Assembly (NCBI GenBank): GCA_964016885.1
Contig: OZ024743.1
Span: 289,168,001 to 289,232,000, forward strand
DNA length: 64,000 nt
Direction: 5' to 3'
From: Eledone cirrhosa
Taxonomy: Eukaryota
Shown: piece by piece, positions 11,363 to 21,950 of the stretch
Layout of the letters: each line of letters starts with the position of its first letter
How positions within the stretch are numbered: position 1 is the first letter of the stretch
Made by a program: the position numbers and the translations under genes
The notes under the pieces: model-generated
The model's database searches: none
Told to the model about the DNA's origin: nothing
The model's input: only the letters and a program-made list of their open reading frames with translations

Positions 11363-13354
11363 TTACCTTACTTCTTGTAGGGGAAGGACGGTTTTTCCAT
11401 CCTTTTCACTGCTTGTGGCCTCCTCAGGAAGGATGTCCTTATAAATCCTCCTGGAGAGTGCTTGTCGGGAGTCTCCGATGTCTTTGGAGAATTTTTTTTT
11501 TAGTGTCATGTACGTTTTCTGTGTGATGCGAGTGATTTGTATGTGTGGAGGTGGTGTGAATTTTGGGGTTGTTGTGTAGTCTTTTTCTGTGATGCTGGTG
11601 TTGTGTTGGATGTAGTGTAATAATTGCTTGTTGTTCAAATTTAATGCTGTGTAGTGTGTATCGTTTTGGTTGTTTTGTTTTGTTTGCGTTTGTTGTGGGT
11701 TTGTTTCTGTTTCGCATTTTGGTGACTTTTGTGGTGTAGGTGATGGTGGTGTTGGGGTTAATGATGGTCATGGTGTTGGTGTTTGGGTTGATGGGGTTGG
11801 TGATGCTGGTGTGGATGGTGGCATATCTGTCCTAACTTTTTTGTTTCTTAATTTATTTGTTTCCCTCTGTATTTTGTTTTTGGAGGGGGAAGGAAGAGAA
11901 TTTTTTCTTTTTTGGTTTCTTTTTTTTTTCCGGATATCGTTTCCCACTCCTCGTCGTCACAATCTGTCTCCAGTTGTGGTAGGCCGGGGAGTGGAAAATC
12001 CTCCACAGGCGTTAGTTTTGGTTGTGGCGTGGTGGATGGTGTAGGCGCTGGTGCTAGTTCTGAAGTGTTGGGTGGTGGTGGTGTTGGTTTTGCTGGTGGT
12101 GGTGGTGGTGTTGGTTTTGCTACTGTTGCTGGGGTTGTTGCTGTTATAGTTGCTTCTGTTGTTGCTACAGTTGTTGCTGCCATCTTTGCTACTGGTGGTG
12201 TTGGTGGTTGTGTCACTGGGGTGGGTAGGAGAGGTGGCCTCAACCTTTTAGCCTGAGGGCAGAAAGCCGTTAGGTGGGTTCCTTCACAACAAACGACACA
12301 CCTAGGTCTTCTGCCCTCGACAATTACCGTGAGGTGGCTGCCGTCAGTGAGGTCTATTACCTCTGGGATCTCCTCAATGCTTTTTTGGTCCGCTTGGATC
12401 AGGAGCTCCATCCCAGATCCGGACCAGTTCTCCTGCTTTTCTTTTGCTATTGCTATTATTTTTGTGTTGGCTTCGATGCCGGCGAGGACGGCCGCTATTA
12501 GCCAGGGAATTTCGATGGCCGGTGGAACGTGGGTCACCCTGATCTTTACGAGTCTCTGGCCACAATAGCTTGGGACGAGTGTGAAGTCGTCACTTCTTAA
12601 TGGGGCCATGGAGTGTTCTCTAGCCTCCTCTGGTGTTTCAAAGAACACGTCCACGGTTCCATACTTCTGCCCACGTCTGATGTGGGTTGTTCTTGCCCAC
12701 ACATGTCCCAAAGCTTTTTGGATTTGGGACTCGGATGCCCGTTCCACTCGGCGCGATTTTACATTTACTGTTCGATACGACACGGTGCATAGGCGCTGAT
12801 GCTCCATTTTATTAGGTGGGGGGTGAGGCTGACCCTGTACCCATCTTTCTTTACCCATCTTTGTTTGGCATTTTCTAAATCCTCCTGAGTTACCGTAAAT
12901 GCTTCGAACTGTTTTGCTACTCTGGCAAAACTGAGGGTGGTTTTTATAATGTCATTGTTGTTGTTGTTGCTATCGTTATTTGTGTTAATATTAATTTTAG
13001 TTTCAGTTGTGGGGGTGGTGACGTCAGTCGTCTTTGGTGGGGAAGAGTCCATTTTGCTTGATTTCATTTCGACATCAGGAGTTAATATATTTTTTTCTTC
13101 TTTTGTTTCTGTTGTCGCGGTGGTGGTGGGGTGGTGGTTGTCGCGGTGGTGGTGGTGGTGGAGGCTTTAACACCTGCAGTCATTGGTAATGGCGGGAAAT
13201 GAATGTCTGCCTGAGACAAATTTAAAATATTGCTACTGCTTATAATTTTTGTAGTGTTGGCAAACGTAGTAACATTTACAATGGTGGTGTCGGTTCGAGG
13301 TGTTAATTTGTGAGAAAGGCTTTCAGCTGCTTGGTGCAGAGATGAATTATCCAT
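11363..13354 (-). pseudogene. ORF1 (gag-like nucleic-acid-binding protein) of Tx1-like copy A, broken into several frames
   Basis: Fragments 13082-13354, 12765-13067, 11848-12858, 11439-11771, 11363-11638; SFARVA motif, RRM-like GTVDVFF region, CX2CX4HX4C knuckle CVVCCEGTHLTAFC, Pro/Thr-rich linker. Several breaks lie at homopolymer runs. Confidence 0.8.
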
Positions 13355-13565
13355 TTTTTTTCAAAGAAATTTTTTGAAAATCATAAAAGTTTAAATTTTG
13401 GGCACAAGGCCCCAATCTTTTTGGGTGTCCTTTTCGGAAAACAATGTATGTGCGCTTATATATATAGTTAACAATAAAAATTTTCCATAAATGGCAATTT
13501 TTAACAAACGGAAATAACAAACCTTTGCGGAGCTCACGATGATACGATTTACTACGTAGGTCGCC

Positions 13566-13610
<45 letters not shown>
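13566..13610. repeat. (AAT)15 spacer between Tx1-like copy A and the truncated R4 copy
   Basis: Directly visible. Confidence 0.95.
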
Positions 13611-13613
<3 letters not shown>

Positions 13614-14203
13614 CACCTAGCCCAGACCCACTATAAGGGCTGGAGACACGATGTGATGGGCAGGGTGATCCACTGGCACCTGTGCAAAGTAAACAATCTA
13701 CCACATTCTGAGAAATGGTATGAGCATAGGCCAGAGGCGGTGATGGAGAACAGTCAGGTGAAGGTGCTGTGGGATTTTAGGATACAGACGGACAAAAAAC
13801 TGGAACACAATAGACCTGACCTGTTGGTTGTGGACAAAGAAAAAAGATCGTGCCTGATTGTGGATGTGGCCTGCCCGTTCGACACGAGAGTGCAAGAGAA
13901 GGAGAGGGAGAAAATTAACCGATACCAGGACCTAAAGTGGGAGGTGAAAAGGATTTGGAACTGCCATGAAGTCAAAGTGATCCCGATTGTCATAGGCGCA
14001 CTGGGGACTATCTCCAAAGGTTTCCAGGGATGGTTAAAGAAAATCGGCCCCTTCACGCTTTTTGGAACGCTTCAAAAGGCATGCTTGCTTGGAACGGCAA
14101 GAACCCTCCGATACGTCCTGAATATCTGAGGCTGCAGGTAGTGGCTTGATATTCAATCCAACGGACTTTCCAGTTAACCAACATCAATGACTGAGATTCA
14201 AGG
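13611..14203 (+). mobile_element. 5'-truncated R4/Dong-like retrotransposon (RLE domain + 3'UTR)
   Basis: Open frame 13611-14129 KHLAQTHYKGWRHD...LWDF..TD..HNRPDL..IVDVACP..EKINRYQDL..PIVIGALG; near-identical to the 3' ends of the long copies; ends TTCAAGG followed by AATAACAATAAC(AAT)n. Confidence 0.93.
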
Positions 14204-14215
14204 AATAACAATAAC

Positions 14216-14311
<96 letters not shown>

Positions 14312-14502
14312 AAGAAGAAGAAGAAGACGACGACGACGAAGAAGAAGAAGAAGAAGAAGAAGAAGAAGAAGAAGAAGAAGAAGAAGACGACGACGAAGAC
14401 GACGAACAAGAAGAAGAAGAAGAAGAAGACGAAGAAGAAGAAGAAGAAGAAGAAGAAGAAGAAGAAGAAGAAGAAGAAGAAGAAGAAGAAGAAGAAGAAG
14501 AC

Positions 14503-14538
<36 letters not shown>

Positions 14539-14568
14539 TAATAATAATATTAATACTAATAATAATAA
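14204..14568. repeat. Compound (AAT)n-(GAA/GAC)n-(AAT)n microsatellite between two R4 copies
   Basis: Directly visible; same repeat vocabulary as 2587-7663. Confidence 0.95.
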
Positions 14569-17500
14569 TGTGTTTGTTTATTTGTGTTCGTCTACAGCGT
14601 GGTGATAATGCCACAAAGGGGCCAAGTGGAGCGGCGCAAACACCGGCGACGGTGAATTCACAGATGGCTATGTAACTATACATTCACCAATCCTCGATAA
14701 GAGTGTTTAAATATCGAACCTAAACAGTTCGAATAACGGTGAAATGGAGACTAGAACGTCATGTGACAGACTCTCACCCAACAGGTGCTCCCTGGCTCAG
14801 CAGCAGGAACCTGACTGTCAACCAAATGCTGCTGATGTTGGAGGAAGGAGAAGAAAGAAAGGGGCCAGAACCAACTGGACGAAAGAATTGAATAGAACTG
14901 TTATGCAATGTTACCTGAAAAGTAACCCCAAGGAGAGGGGCTATAGGAGACGGATGCATAACATCTGGAACGAGATTGGTCTATTTAAATTAGATGAACA
15001 AAAATTGGCCGGGCAGGCTCGGGTAATAAGAACTAATGGGTGGATAAGCGAGCTGGAACTGGAGGAACTGAGCAGAGAGAATAGCTTGGAGATGGAGGGT
15101 GTAATATGCCAGACACACGAGCCAGTGGGAAATGAAGGTGAAGAGGTCGAGAGAACGGAGGAACCACCCGAAGCAGACAATGATCTGAATACTGAGATAA
15201 ATAATACCTGGAACAGAGATACGGCCACTGAGGAGATGAATGCTGACGGGCTAGGACAAGATTCGGTTGACATCCTAAATTTAGTGGTAGATGAATTGAA
15301 CAATGATAGTGGGAGACCTATGAACCTAAGATTTGTAGACAGGAAAAAGTTAAAAGAAACAACAGCTAAGGTAAACAAAGTCATCCCATACCTTGAGGCG
15401 AGGAGCCTTCACCAGTGCAACAATATCCTCAAAGCAACAGCAAATACGGTAAGGAAACTACTTGGTATAAAAGCGAGAGGAAACAACAGACAAGAAAGAG
15501 CAGAGCCTTGGTGGAAGAAACGACTGAGTGGTCAAATCAAGGAAATGAGAAATGACATAGGAAAGCTTGAGTCACTACTGAATGGGACACTAAAAAACAT
15601 AGGCACTAAAAATAGACTGGAAATAAAGTACAAGACTAGGAGGAAAAAGCTAAAGATTATCATAGAGGAACTGAAGCAACGCATTGTAGCAAAGAGTGCA
15701 AAAATCAGGCGATACGAGAACAGAGTCAGTCAGTATAAACAGAACCGCATGTTCGACAACAACCAGAAGATGCTGTTTGGACAGCTTGAGGGGAAAGAAA
15801 GAGGCAACGACTTGATCCCTGGGGCGGAACAAATTAAAACATTCTGGAGAGGAATATGAGACCAGGATGTTAGACATAATGACCAGGCAGGGTGGATTGA
15901 GATAGTACAGAGGGAGATCGGTGAGCAGGCACACCAACAAACTGATTTGAGTATCATAGTTGAAACTCTCAAGGGGCAGGCCAAAAAACTAACCAACTGG
16001 AAATCACCAGGCCCAGATGGTGTGCAGGGGTATTGGATTAAAAATTTAACATCCCTCCACACGAAGCTGACGGCCATGTTCAATGACTGCTTTGTGTCGG
16101 GTGAGGTGCCAGAGTGGTTGACAAAAGGTACCACAGTTCTGATAATGAAAGACCGAATCAAGGGTAATGATGTTACCAACTATAGACCTATCACATGTCT
16201 GTCCGTAATGTGGAAACTGTTGACGAGCATTGTGTCTGAGGAAATCTACCATCACCTCCACACAAACAACTTGTTACCTGACGAACAGAAAGGATGCCGA
16301 AAGAAGTCACGTGGTACAAAGGACCAGTTACTTATTGATAAGATGGTAATGGGGAATTGCAGGAGGAGACACACTGATCTTGCCATGGGATGGATAGACT
16401 ACAGAAAGGCATTTGACATGGTGCCTCATTCTTGGATCACCACAAGCCTGGAGATCTTCAAGGTGGCAGATAACATCAGACAGTTGCTGGGCAGGAGTAT
16501 GGGGTCCTGGGAGACAGAGTTGACATCAACTGGAGAATCCTTGGGAAGCGTGAAGATCAAGAGAGGTATCTTCCAGGGAGATAGCCTGTCCCCTCTGTTG
16601 TTTGCCCTTGCCCTGATGCCCTTGACCATTATGCTGCGATAAGTGAGAGCAGGATACAAGTTGGGAAAGGGAGAGCTTACCATCAATCACCTCCTCTTCA
16701 TGGACGATCTTAAGCTCTTCGGGAAGAGTGAGAAGGAGTTGGATGTGCTTGTTGACACTGTCCGTATTTTCAGCAGTGATATATGTATGCAGTTTGGTAT
16801 TTGTAAATGTGGAGTCATTGTGATGAGGAGGGGTAGGTTGAGCAGAAGTAACGGAATCCAGATACCAACAGGTGAGATGATAAAGGAAATTGACTCTGAG
16901 GAAGGATACAAGTATTTGGGAGTTCTGGAGGCTGATGGCATAAAGAACAAAAAAATGAAGGAATTGTTAAGAACTGAATACATTCGGAGAGTAAGGAGCG
17001 TATTGAAGTCACATCTGAACAGCAGAAATGCCATAAGCGCAGTAAATTCCCGAGCTGTGTCTATTATTAGGTACAGTGCGGGAATTCTGAGGTGGAATGT
17101 TGCTGAACAAAAAGAAATGGATAGGAAGACTAGGAAGCTATTGACTATCTACAACATGTTCCACAAGAGGAGTGATGTCGATAGACTCTACCTAAGGAGA
17201 TCTGAGGGTGGAAGAGGTCTTATCAGCATAGAGGACTGTGTTCAGATGGAGAAAAACAACCTATACAAATACGTGACCTATAGTAAGGAGCCAATGCTCA
17301 GAACTGTACTGAAGGAGGGGACCGTAGGCCACGGGATGTCCAAGGAGGAAATAACATCAAGGAGAAAGAGCAGCCTTCAGCGAAAATCCCCTCATAGTAC
17401 CTTCTTTGAGAAAACTGAATTCAGAGATCCACAGACATGGAACTGGTTGAGAAGAGGAGACCTCAAAAAGGCTACAGAAGGAATGCTAATGGCTGCGCAG

Positions 17501-18188
17501 GAGCAGGCCCTCAAAACGAAGTGGTTGAAGCACCATATTTACAAGGAGGAGGCTAGCCCACTGTGCAGGATCTGTGGGGAGAGAGAGGAGACTGTGGCCC
17601 ACATTTTATCCGAGTGTAAACACCTAGCTCAGACCCACTATAAGGGCTGGAGACATGATGTGATGGGCAGGGTGATCCACTGGCACCTGTGCAAAGTAAA
17701 CAATTTACCACATTCTGAGAAATGGTATGAGCATAGACCAGAGGCGGTGATGGAGAACGATCAGGTGAAGGTGCTGTGGGATTTTAGGATACAGACGGAC
17801 AAGAAACTGGAACACAATAGACATGACCTGGTGGTTGTGGACAAAGAAAAAAGATCGTGTCTGATTGTGGATGTGGGCTGCCCATTCGACACGAGAGTGC
17901 AAGAGAAGGAGAGGGAGAAAATTAACCGATACCGGGACCTAAAGTGGGAGGTGAAAAGGATTTGGAACTGCCATGAAGTCAAAGTGATCCCGACTATCTC
18001 CAAAAGTTTCCAGGGATGGTTAAAGAAAATCGGCCCCTTCACGCTTTTTGGAACGCTTCAAAAGGCATGCTTGCTGGGAACAGCAAGAACCCTCCGATAC
18101 GTCCTGAATATCTGAGGCTGCAGGTAGTGGCTTGATATTCATTCCAACGGACTTTCCAGTTAACCAACATCAATGACTGAGATTCAAG

Positions 18189-18189
<1 letters not shown>
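14569..18189 (+). mobile_element. R4/Dong-like non-LTR retrotransposon, long copy 1
   Basis: Single long frame with RT, CCHC and restriction-like endonuclease; flanked by (AAT)n on both sides. Dong-type R4 elements are established (TAA)n targeters. Confidence 0.92.
14744..18115 (+). pseudogene. R4/Dong ORF (RT - CCHC zinc knuckle - PD-(D/E)xK endonuclease) with two in-frame stops
   Basis: The three track ORFs share one frame: WKSPGPDG, YRPITCL, EQKG, DYRKAFD, IFQGDSLSP, FMDD, CRICGEREETVAHILSEC, RHD. Stops are TGA 15857-15859 and TAA 16640-16642; a 21-bp deletion near 17993 removes IVIGALG. Confidence 0.9.

Positions 18190-18234
<45 letters not shown>
18190..18234. repeat. (AAT)15 shared by the converging 3' ends of R4 copy 1 and Tx1-like copy B
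   Basis: Directly visible. Confidence 0.95.
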
Positions 18235-18236
<2 letters not shown>

Positions 18237-18495
18237 TTTCTTTATTAACCACAAGGGTTTACATAAAGTAGACATTAAGGACAGTGCAGGACAATGCAGG
18301 ACGGTACAAATGGGCATTTCTGCGTGTAAAAAACAAAAACAGAGGATGTAACAAAAATAACAATGAAAATAACAATGAAAAATTCCCCAATAGGGGGGAG
18401 ACTTCGGAGGGACATTTGTGGAGAAAGCCCAGTAAAAAGCCACAATGACCCTGACCACCAAGGCAAGTGCCCTCTCCCAGTTTTCCACCTTTAAT

Positions 18496-21400
18496 TTACA
18501 GATATATACTCAGAGTAGGCCCATTCACTCGGGCCATTCTTGCTTCTCTCACCCATCTTTCAACAAAATGCTGGGAAGAGAGCACTTCCCTCTCTACTCT
18601 GATTTTCCTTTTCAAATGAAATTTGAAAAAATCAATCAGAGCATCACCGAAGAGGTAAGTGCTCGTCTTCAGCCCTTTCAAACGTGTCCACCATACTATC
18701 TCTTTCGCCATGGCCACCAGACAGATAAAAACTGCCTGCCCTTCCCGGCTAAAGGAGGAGGGCGGGGCAATCCTCACGATGGACTCAGCTGATAGCCGGA
18801 TCCGTCCTAAACGCGACAGCAGGTGTTCGACATAAACCCACAAGTCAGCAATTTTCGGACACTGGACGAGTGCGTGCAGGACGGTTTCGTCGCCCTGCGC
18901 GCATCTCGGACATGCCCGGCTGACGGCACCTCCATGCCTGTAGAGTTTATCCCGAACTGGCAAGGCTCCTCGGTAGCACTGCCAGGCCAGGAATTTCTGG
19001 AAGTTGTCCATAGGCCCCGGCCCGAAAGTTCTTCCGAAGAGATTGGCTAGTTGATTTTCGTCGACGCCTAGAGTTTCTCCAAGTACGTCGTCGCTCTTCC
19101 CCTCCACTAATCCTCTATAGAACGCCGAGGTGGAGTTTCCACCGATCACATTGCCCGATTGGTCGAGGGCTGTGAGCGCCTGAAGACATTCCAGTCTCCA
19201 GGCGCTCCCTCTCGGTCTTCGCTTGACCCAGGACTGCAGCTCCGTCAAGGAAACGAGCTGGGGAAATACGCGCCTAGCAAACGGCGACCACACCTGATGA
19301 CCGTCGAGGAAGAGGTGGAGATGTCGTAGCCTGAGCGCGTGCCTGCGCATCATCAGCCACGGCATGCCCAGCCCTCCACGTAGCGGGTGTTGACAACAGA
19401 TGGACCGTCTGACCATCGGAGCACGTCCCTTCCACAAAAAGCGAAAGAGCAAGCGCTCCAGCGCAGTCAGGCGAGGCTTAGGACAAGGTACGACGGTCAG
19501 GCGGTAGCAGATGACAGACGCGATGTACGCGTTAGCCACCTCCGCTCGACCTTTCAGGGATAGCTTCCTCTCCGCCCATTTCTGGGTGAGAGAAGCCACC
19601 CTGCTCGTCACCTCGTCCCAGTTTTTGTCCGTCTGGAGGTCCGGACCGAACCAGACCCCTAGCAATTTAACCGGTCCGTCCGTCCAGCGCCTGACGACGC
19701 TGTTGGACGGCATGGACCTGCCTCTCCAGGTGCCGAGCTGCAGGCCCACTGACTTTTCCTGATTGATCATTGCTCCTGTCACCGCTTCGTATTCTCTTAG
19801 TGTAGTGCCGATCGCCTCGATGTGTTTGGCGTTCGACATCACTACGGTGACATCGTCCGCATATGCTGACACGGATCTTCCGCATCCTAGTTCGCGCGGG
19901 ACTCCCCTCAACGTCTCCAGTTTGTGCAGTAATGGCTCGAGAGTCAATACGTACAAGAGGGACGAGAGGGGACATCCTTGGCGGACAGAGCGCATGATGT
20001 TGAACGGTTCCGACAGGTGACCGTTCACTCTCACCTCAGAGCAGATGTCGCTGTGCATGGCAGCGATCCAGCCTCTGAAGACGGGCCCAAAGCCAGCCGC
20101 CCTCAGGACGGCCGCTAGGTAACGATGGTCGACCCTATCGAAAGCTTTCGACTGATCTAAATTGATCAAGGATCCACCCGTGCCAGGTTCCTTAGCTACC
20201 CTCTCTACGATGTATCGCATGAGGTGGAGGTTGTCGTGGATGGATCTGTCGGGAATGGCGCACGTCTGCGCCTCTCCCACCAGACCACCAACGACAAGCG
20301 CCAACCTCTTTGCTAGCACCTTGGCCAAAATCTTGAACTCTGTGTTTAGCAGAGTTATGGGCCGGAAATTGTCTATGTTTTCCCCCTTGTTCGGATCCTT
20401 TCTCAGCAGTGCCGCCGCTCCTCGGCTCACAGAACTGGGAATTCTCCCGTTCTGTTGCCAGTTGCAGTAGACGTCCGCCAAGAGGCCTCCGAACAAGTCT
20501 GGCATCTGTACGTAAAGTTCATAGGACAGACCATCCAAACCAGGCGATTTACCCCTTGTGCAGCCAGTCATTGCCTCCCTTACTTCAGCGGCTGTTATCG
20601 GCTTTTCGCAACACTTCGCCTCAGTGGCCGAAAGCCGCGGCAGTCCGTCGAGGTAGACACTAAAGTCCATCCCTCTACCCGGCCCACCGCTGCCCCCGAA
20701 CAGCTGAGCGAAGTGTCGCTGAAAAGCTTCACACATTTGCCCGGGATCGAGTAGCATGCGCCCGTCGTGGTCCACCAAAGACCGGATCGTGGCTTTGTTG
20801 CCATGACGCGCCTCCGCCACTCGGGCCCATTGAACGGCTTTCGTCCCCTCGTGTCTGAGAGCACGCACCCTAGCTCTGACAATGCAGCCTTCGTGCTTTG
20901 CATTGAAGAATTGGTCAAGGGCCAATTTCGCCGCAAGCACGTCGGTCGCTATGCCTTTGCTAAGCGCCTCGTCTAATTTTCTAACTAGTTCTCCCTCTGC
21001 TCTATTTTTCTCTATTGCTAAAGCCTTACTAAACCTAATCGATTCTATTCTAATCGCTCTTTTCAGAGCAAACCACCACTTGTTGTTGACGATGGCCCCC
21101 GTCAACGCCCGCTTAACTAGTTCGCTAATCCGGTCTCTGTAGGCCTTGCGCGCTGGTAAGGACGCGTTTAGCTTCCAGTAGCCGGGTCCTCGTCTATGAA
21201 GCATATCTAAGTCAAGCACACAGGTCACGAATTTGTGGTCCATGTAGCTGACTATCTTGAATTGTGGACAGCCTATGCTAGACCTATCTATTTCCCTACA
21301 AAATACTCTATCTTCATATGATCTGGATGACCCTATGCGGTTTGTCCAAGTCCACATTGGCACATTCGGGAAATCCAATCGGTACCTGTCAGACAGTTCA

Positions 21401-21915
21401 AAACGCCTGAGCAGGTTGGTGAGGCTCTTGCACCCTCCACCCCTATCCGCTAATCCCACACAGTCCCAGCGTGCATCTAAGATCCCGTTCCAGTCGCCCA
21501 CTAACACTAAAGAGCGGGACGTTCCAAGAAAGGTCTCCAGACGCCGGAAGAAGTCAGGCCGCCCTGCTCCTGTCGGGGCATAGACGGCCACTAGCCTGAA
21601 AGCTTGCCCGTCTCCGCTGGTCACGTCCAGCACCACCAGCTTACCCTCTGGGTCCAGGAAGATGGCCCGTATGGCGAGATCCAAACCTCTCCGAAAAAAC
21701 ACAGCAACTCCTCCACCCGATCCAGGACGGCTGGGAGATGCGTACACATCGTAGCCGCCGAAGATCGGTGCGAAGGCCCGTGCTTCGGAGATTCTGGTCT
21801 CGCTGATGGCCACTACATCTATGTTTAGTGACCTGAGGTCGTTGAGCAGGTGACCCTGCTTCCATGACGACCCCAAGCCACGCGCATTTATGCTGCCTAT
21901 TCTGAGTGAGGTCAT
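18496..21915 (-). CDS. Intact 1139-aa ORF2: APE endonuclease + reverse transcriptase + C-terminal CCHC (Tx1/L1-like)
   Basis: Uninterrupted ORF with SINARGL, ET, VYAP, GDWN, DH, WKLN, KSPGLDG, RPITLLN, DQSKAFDRV, RQGCPLS, YADD, GGLG and CPRC..ET..H...C. Confidence 0.95.
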   Translation of the reverse strand: MTSLRIGSINARGLGSSWKQGHLLNDLRSLNIDVVAISETRISEARAFAPIFGGYDVYASPSRPGSGGGVAVFFRRGLDLAIRAIFLDPEGKLVVLDVTSGDGQAFRLVAVYAPTGAGRPDFFRRLETFLGTSRSLVLVGDWNGILDARWDCVGLADRGGGCKSLTNLLRRFELSDRYRLDFPNVPMWTWTNRIGSSRSYEDRVFCREIDRSSIGCPQFKIVSYMDHKFVTCVLDLDMLHRRGPGYWKLNASLPARKAYRDRISELVKRALTGAIVNNKWWFALKRAIRIESIRFSKALAIEKNRAEGELVRKLDEALSKGIATDVLAAKLALDQFFNAKHEGCIVRARVRALRHEGTKAVQWARVAEARHGNKATIRSLVDHDGRMLLDPGQMCEAFQRHFAQLFGGSGGPGRGMDFSVYLDGLPRLSATEAKCCEKPITAAEVREAMTGCTRGKSPGLDGLSYELYVQMPDLFGGLLADVYCNWQQNGRIPSSVSRGAAALLRKDPNKGENIDNFRPITLLNTEFKILAKVLAKRLALVVGGLVGEAQTCAIPDRSIHDNLHLMRYIVERVAKEPGTGGSLINLDQSKAFDRVDHRYLAAVLRAAGFGPVFRGWIAAMHSDICSEVRVNGHLSEPFNIMRSVRQGCPLSSLLYVLTLEPLLHKLETLRGVPRELGCGRSVSAYADDVTVVMSNAKHIEAIGTTLREYEAVTGAMINQEKSVGLQLGTWRGRSMPSNSVVRRWTDGPVKLLGVWFGPDLQTDKNWDEVTSRVASLTQKWAERKLSLKGRAEVANAYIASVICYRLTVVPCPKPRLTALERLLFRFLWKGRAPMVRRSICCQHPLRGGLGMPWLMMRRHALRLRHLHLFLDGHQVWSPFARRVFPQLVSLTELQSWVKRRPRGSAWRLECLQALTALDQSGNVIGGNSTSAFYRGLVEGKSDDVLGETLGVDENQLANLFGRTFGPGPMDNFQKFLAWQCYRGALPVRDKLYRHGGAVSRACPRCAQGDETVLHALVQCPKIADLWVYVEHLLSRLGRIRLSAESIVRIAPPSSFSREGQAVFICLVAMAKEIVWWTRLKGLKTSTYLFGDALIDFFKFHLKRKIRVEREVLSSQHFVERWVREARMARVNGPTLSIYL

Positions 21916-21950
21916 GTTTAAAATAGAGTGGAAAAGATGGGAAAGACCAC

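Larger units (their letters stand above)
7664..13565 (-). mobile_element. Apparently full-length Tx1/L1-clade non-LTR retrotransposon, copy A (ORF1 + APE-RT ORF2), flanked by (ATT)n
   Basis: Two-ORF layout; 3' end AATAAAGAAAAC runs directly into (ATT)n; 5' end GGCGACC is preceded by (ATT)15; ORF2 and 3'UTR are homologous to copy B. Confidence 0.92.

Noticed and set aside
13500-13565. HDV-like ribozyme at the Tx1 copy A 5' end
   Set aside because: Only a weak G-U-rich P1 candidate, no P3/L3 consensus, and not shared by copy B.
16640-16642. A-to-I recoding (UAA to UGG) or selenocysteine as the explanation of the shared stop
   Set aside because: It would need double editing and give Trp where Lys is the simpler ancestral state; the codon is TAA, not TGA. 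Kept only as a minor alternative.
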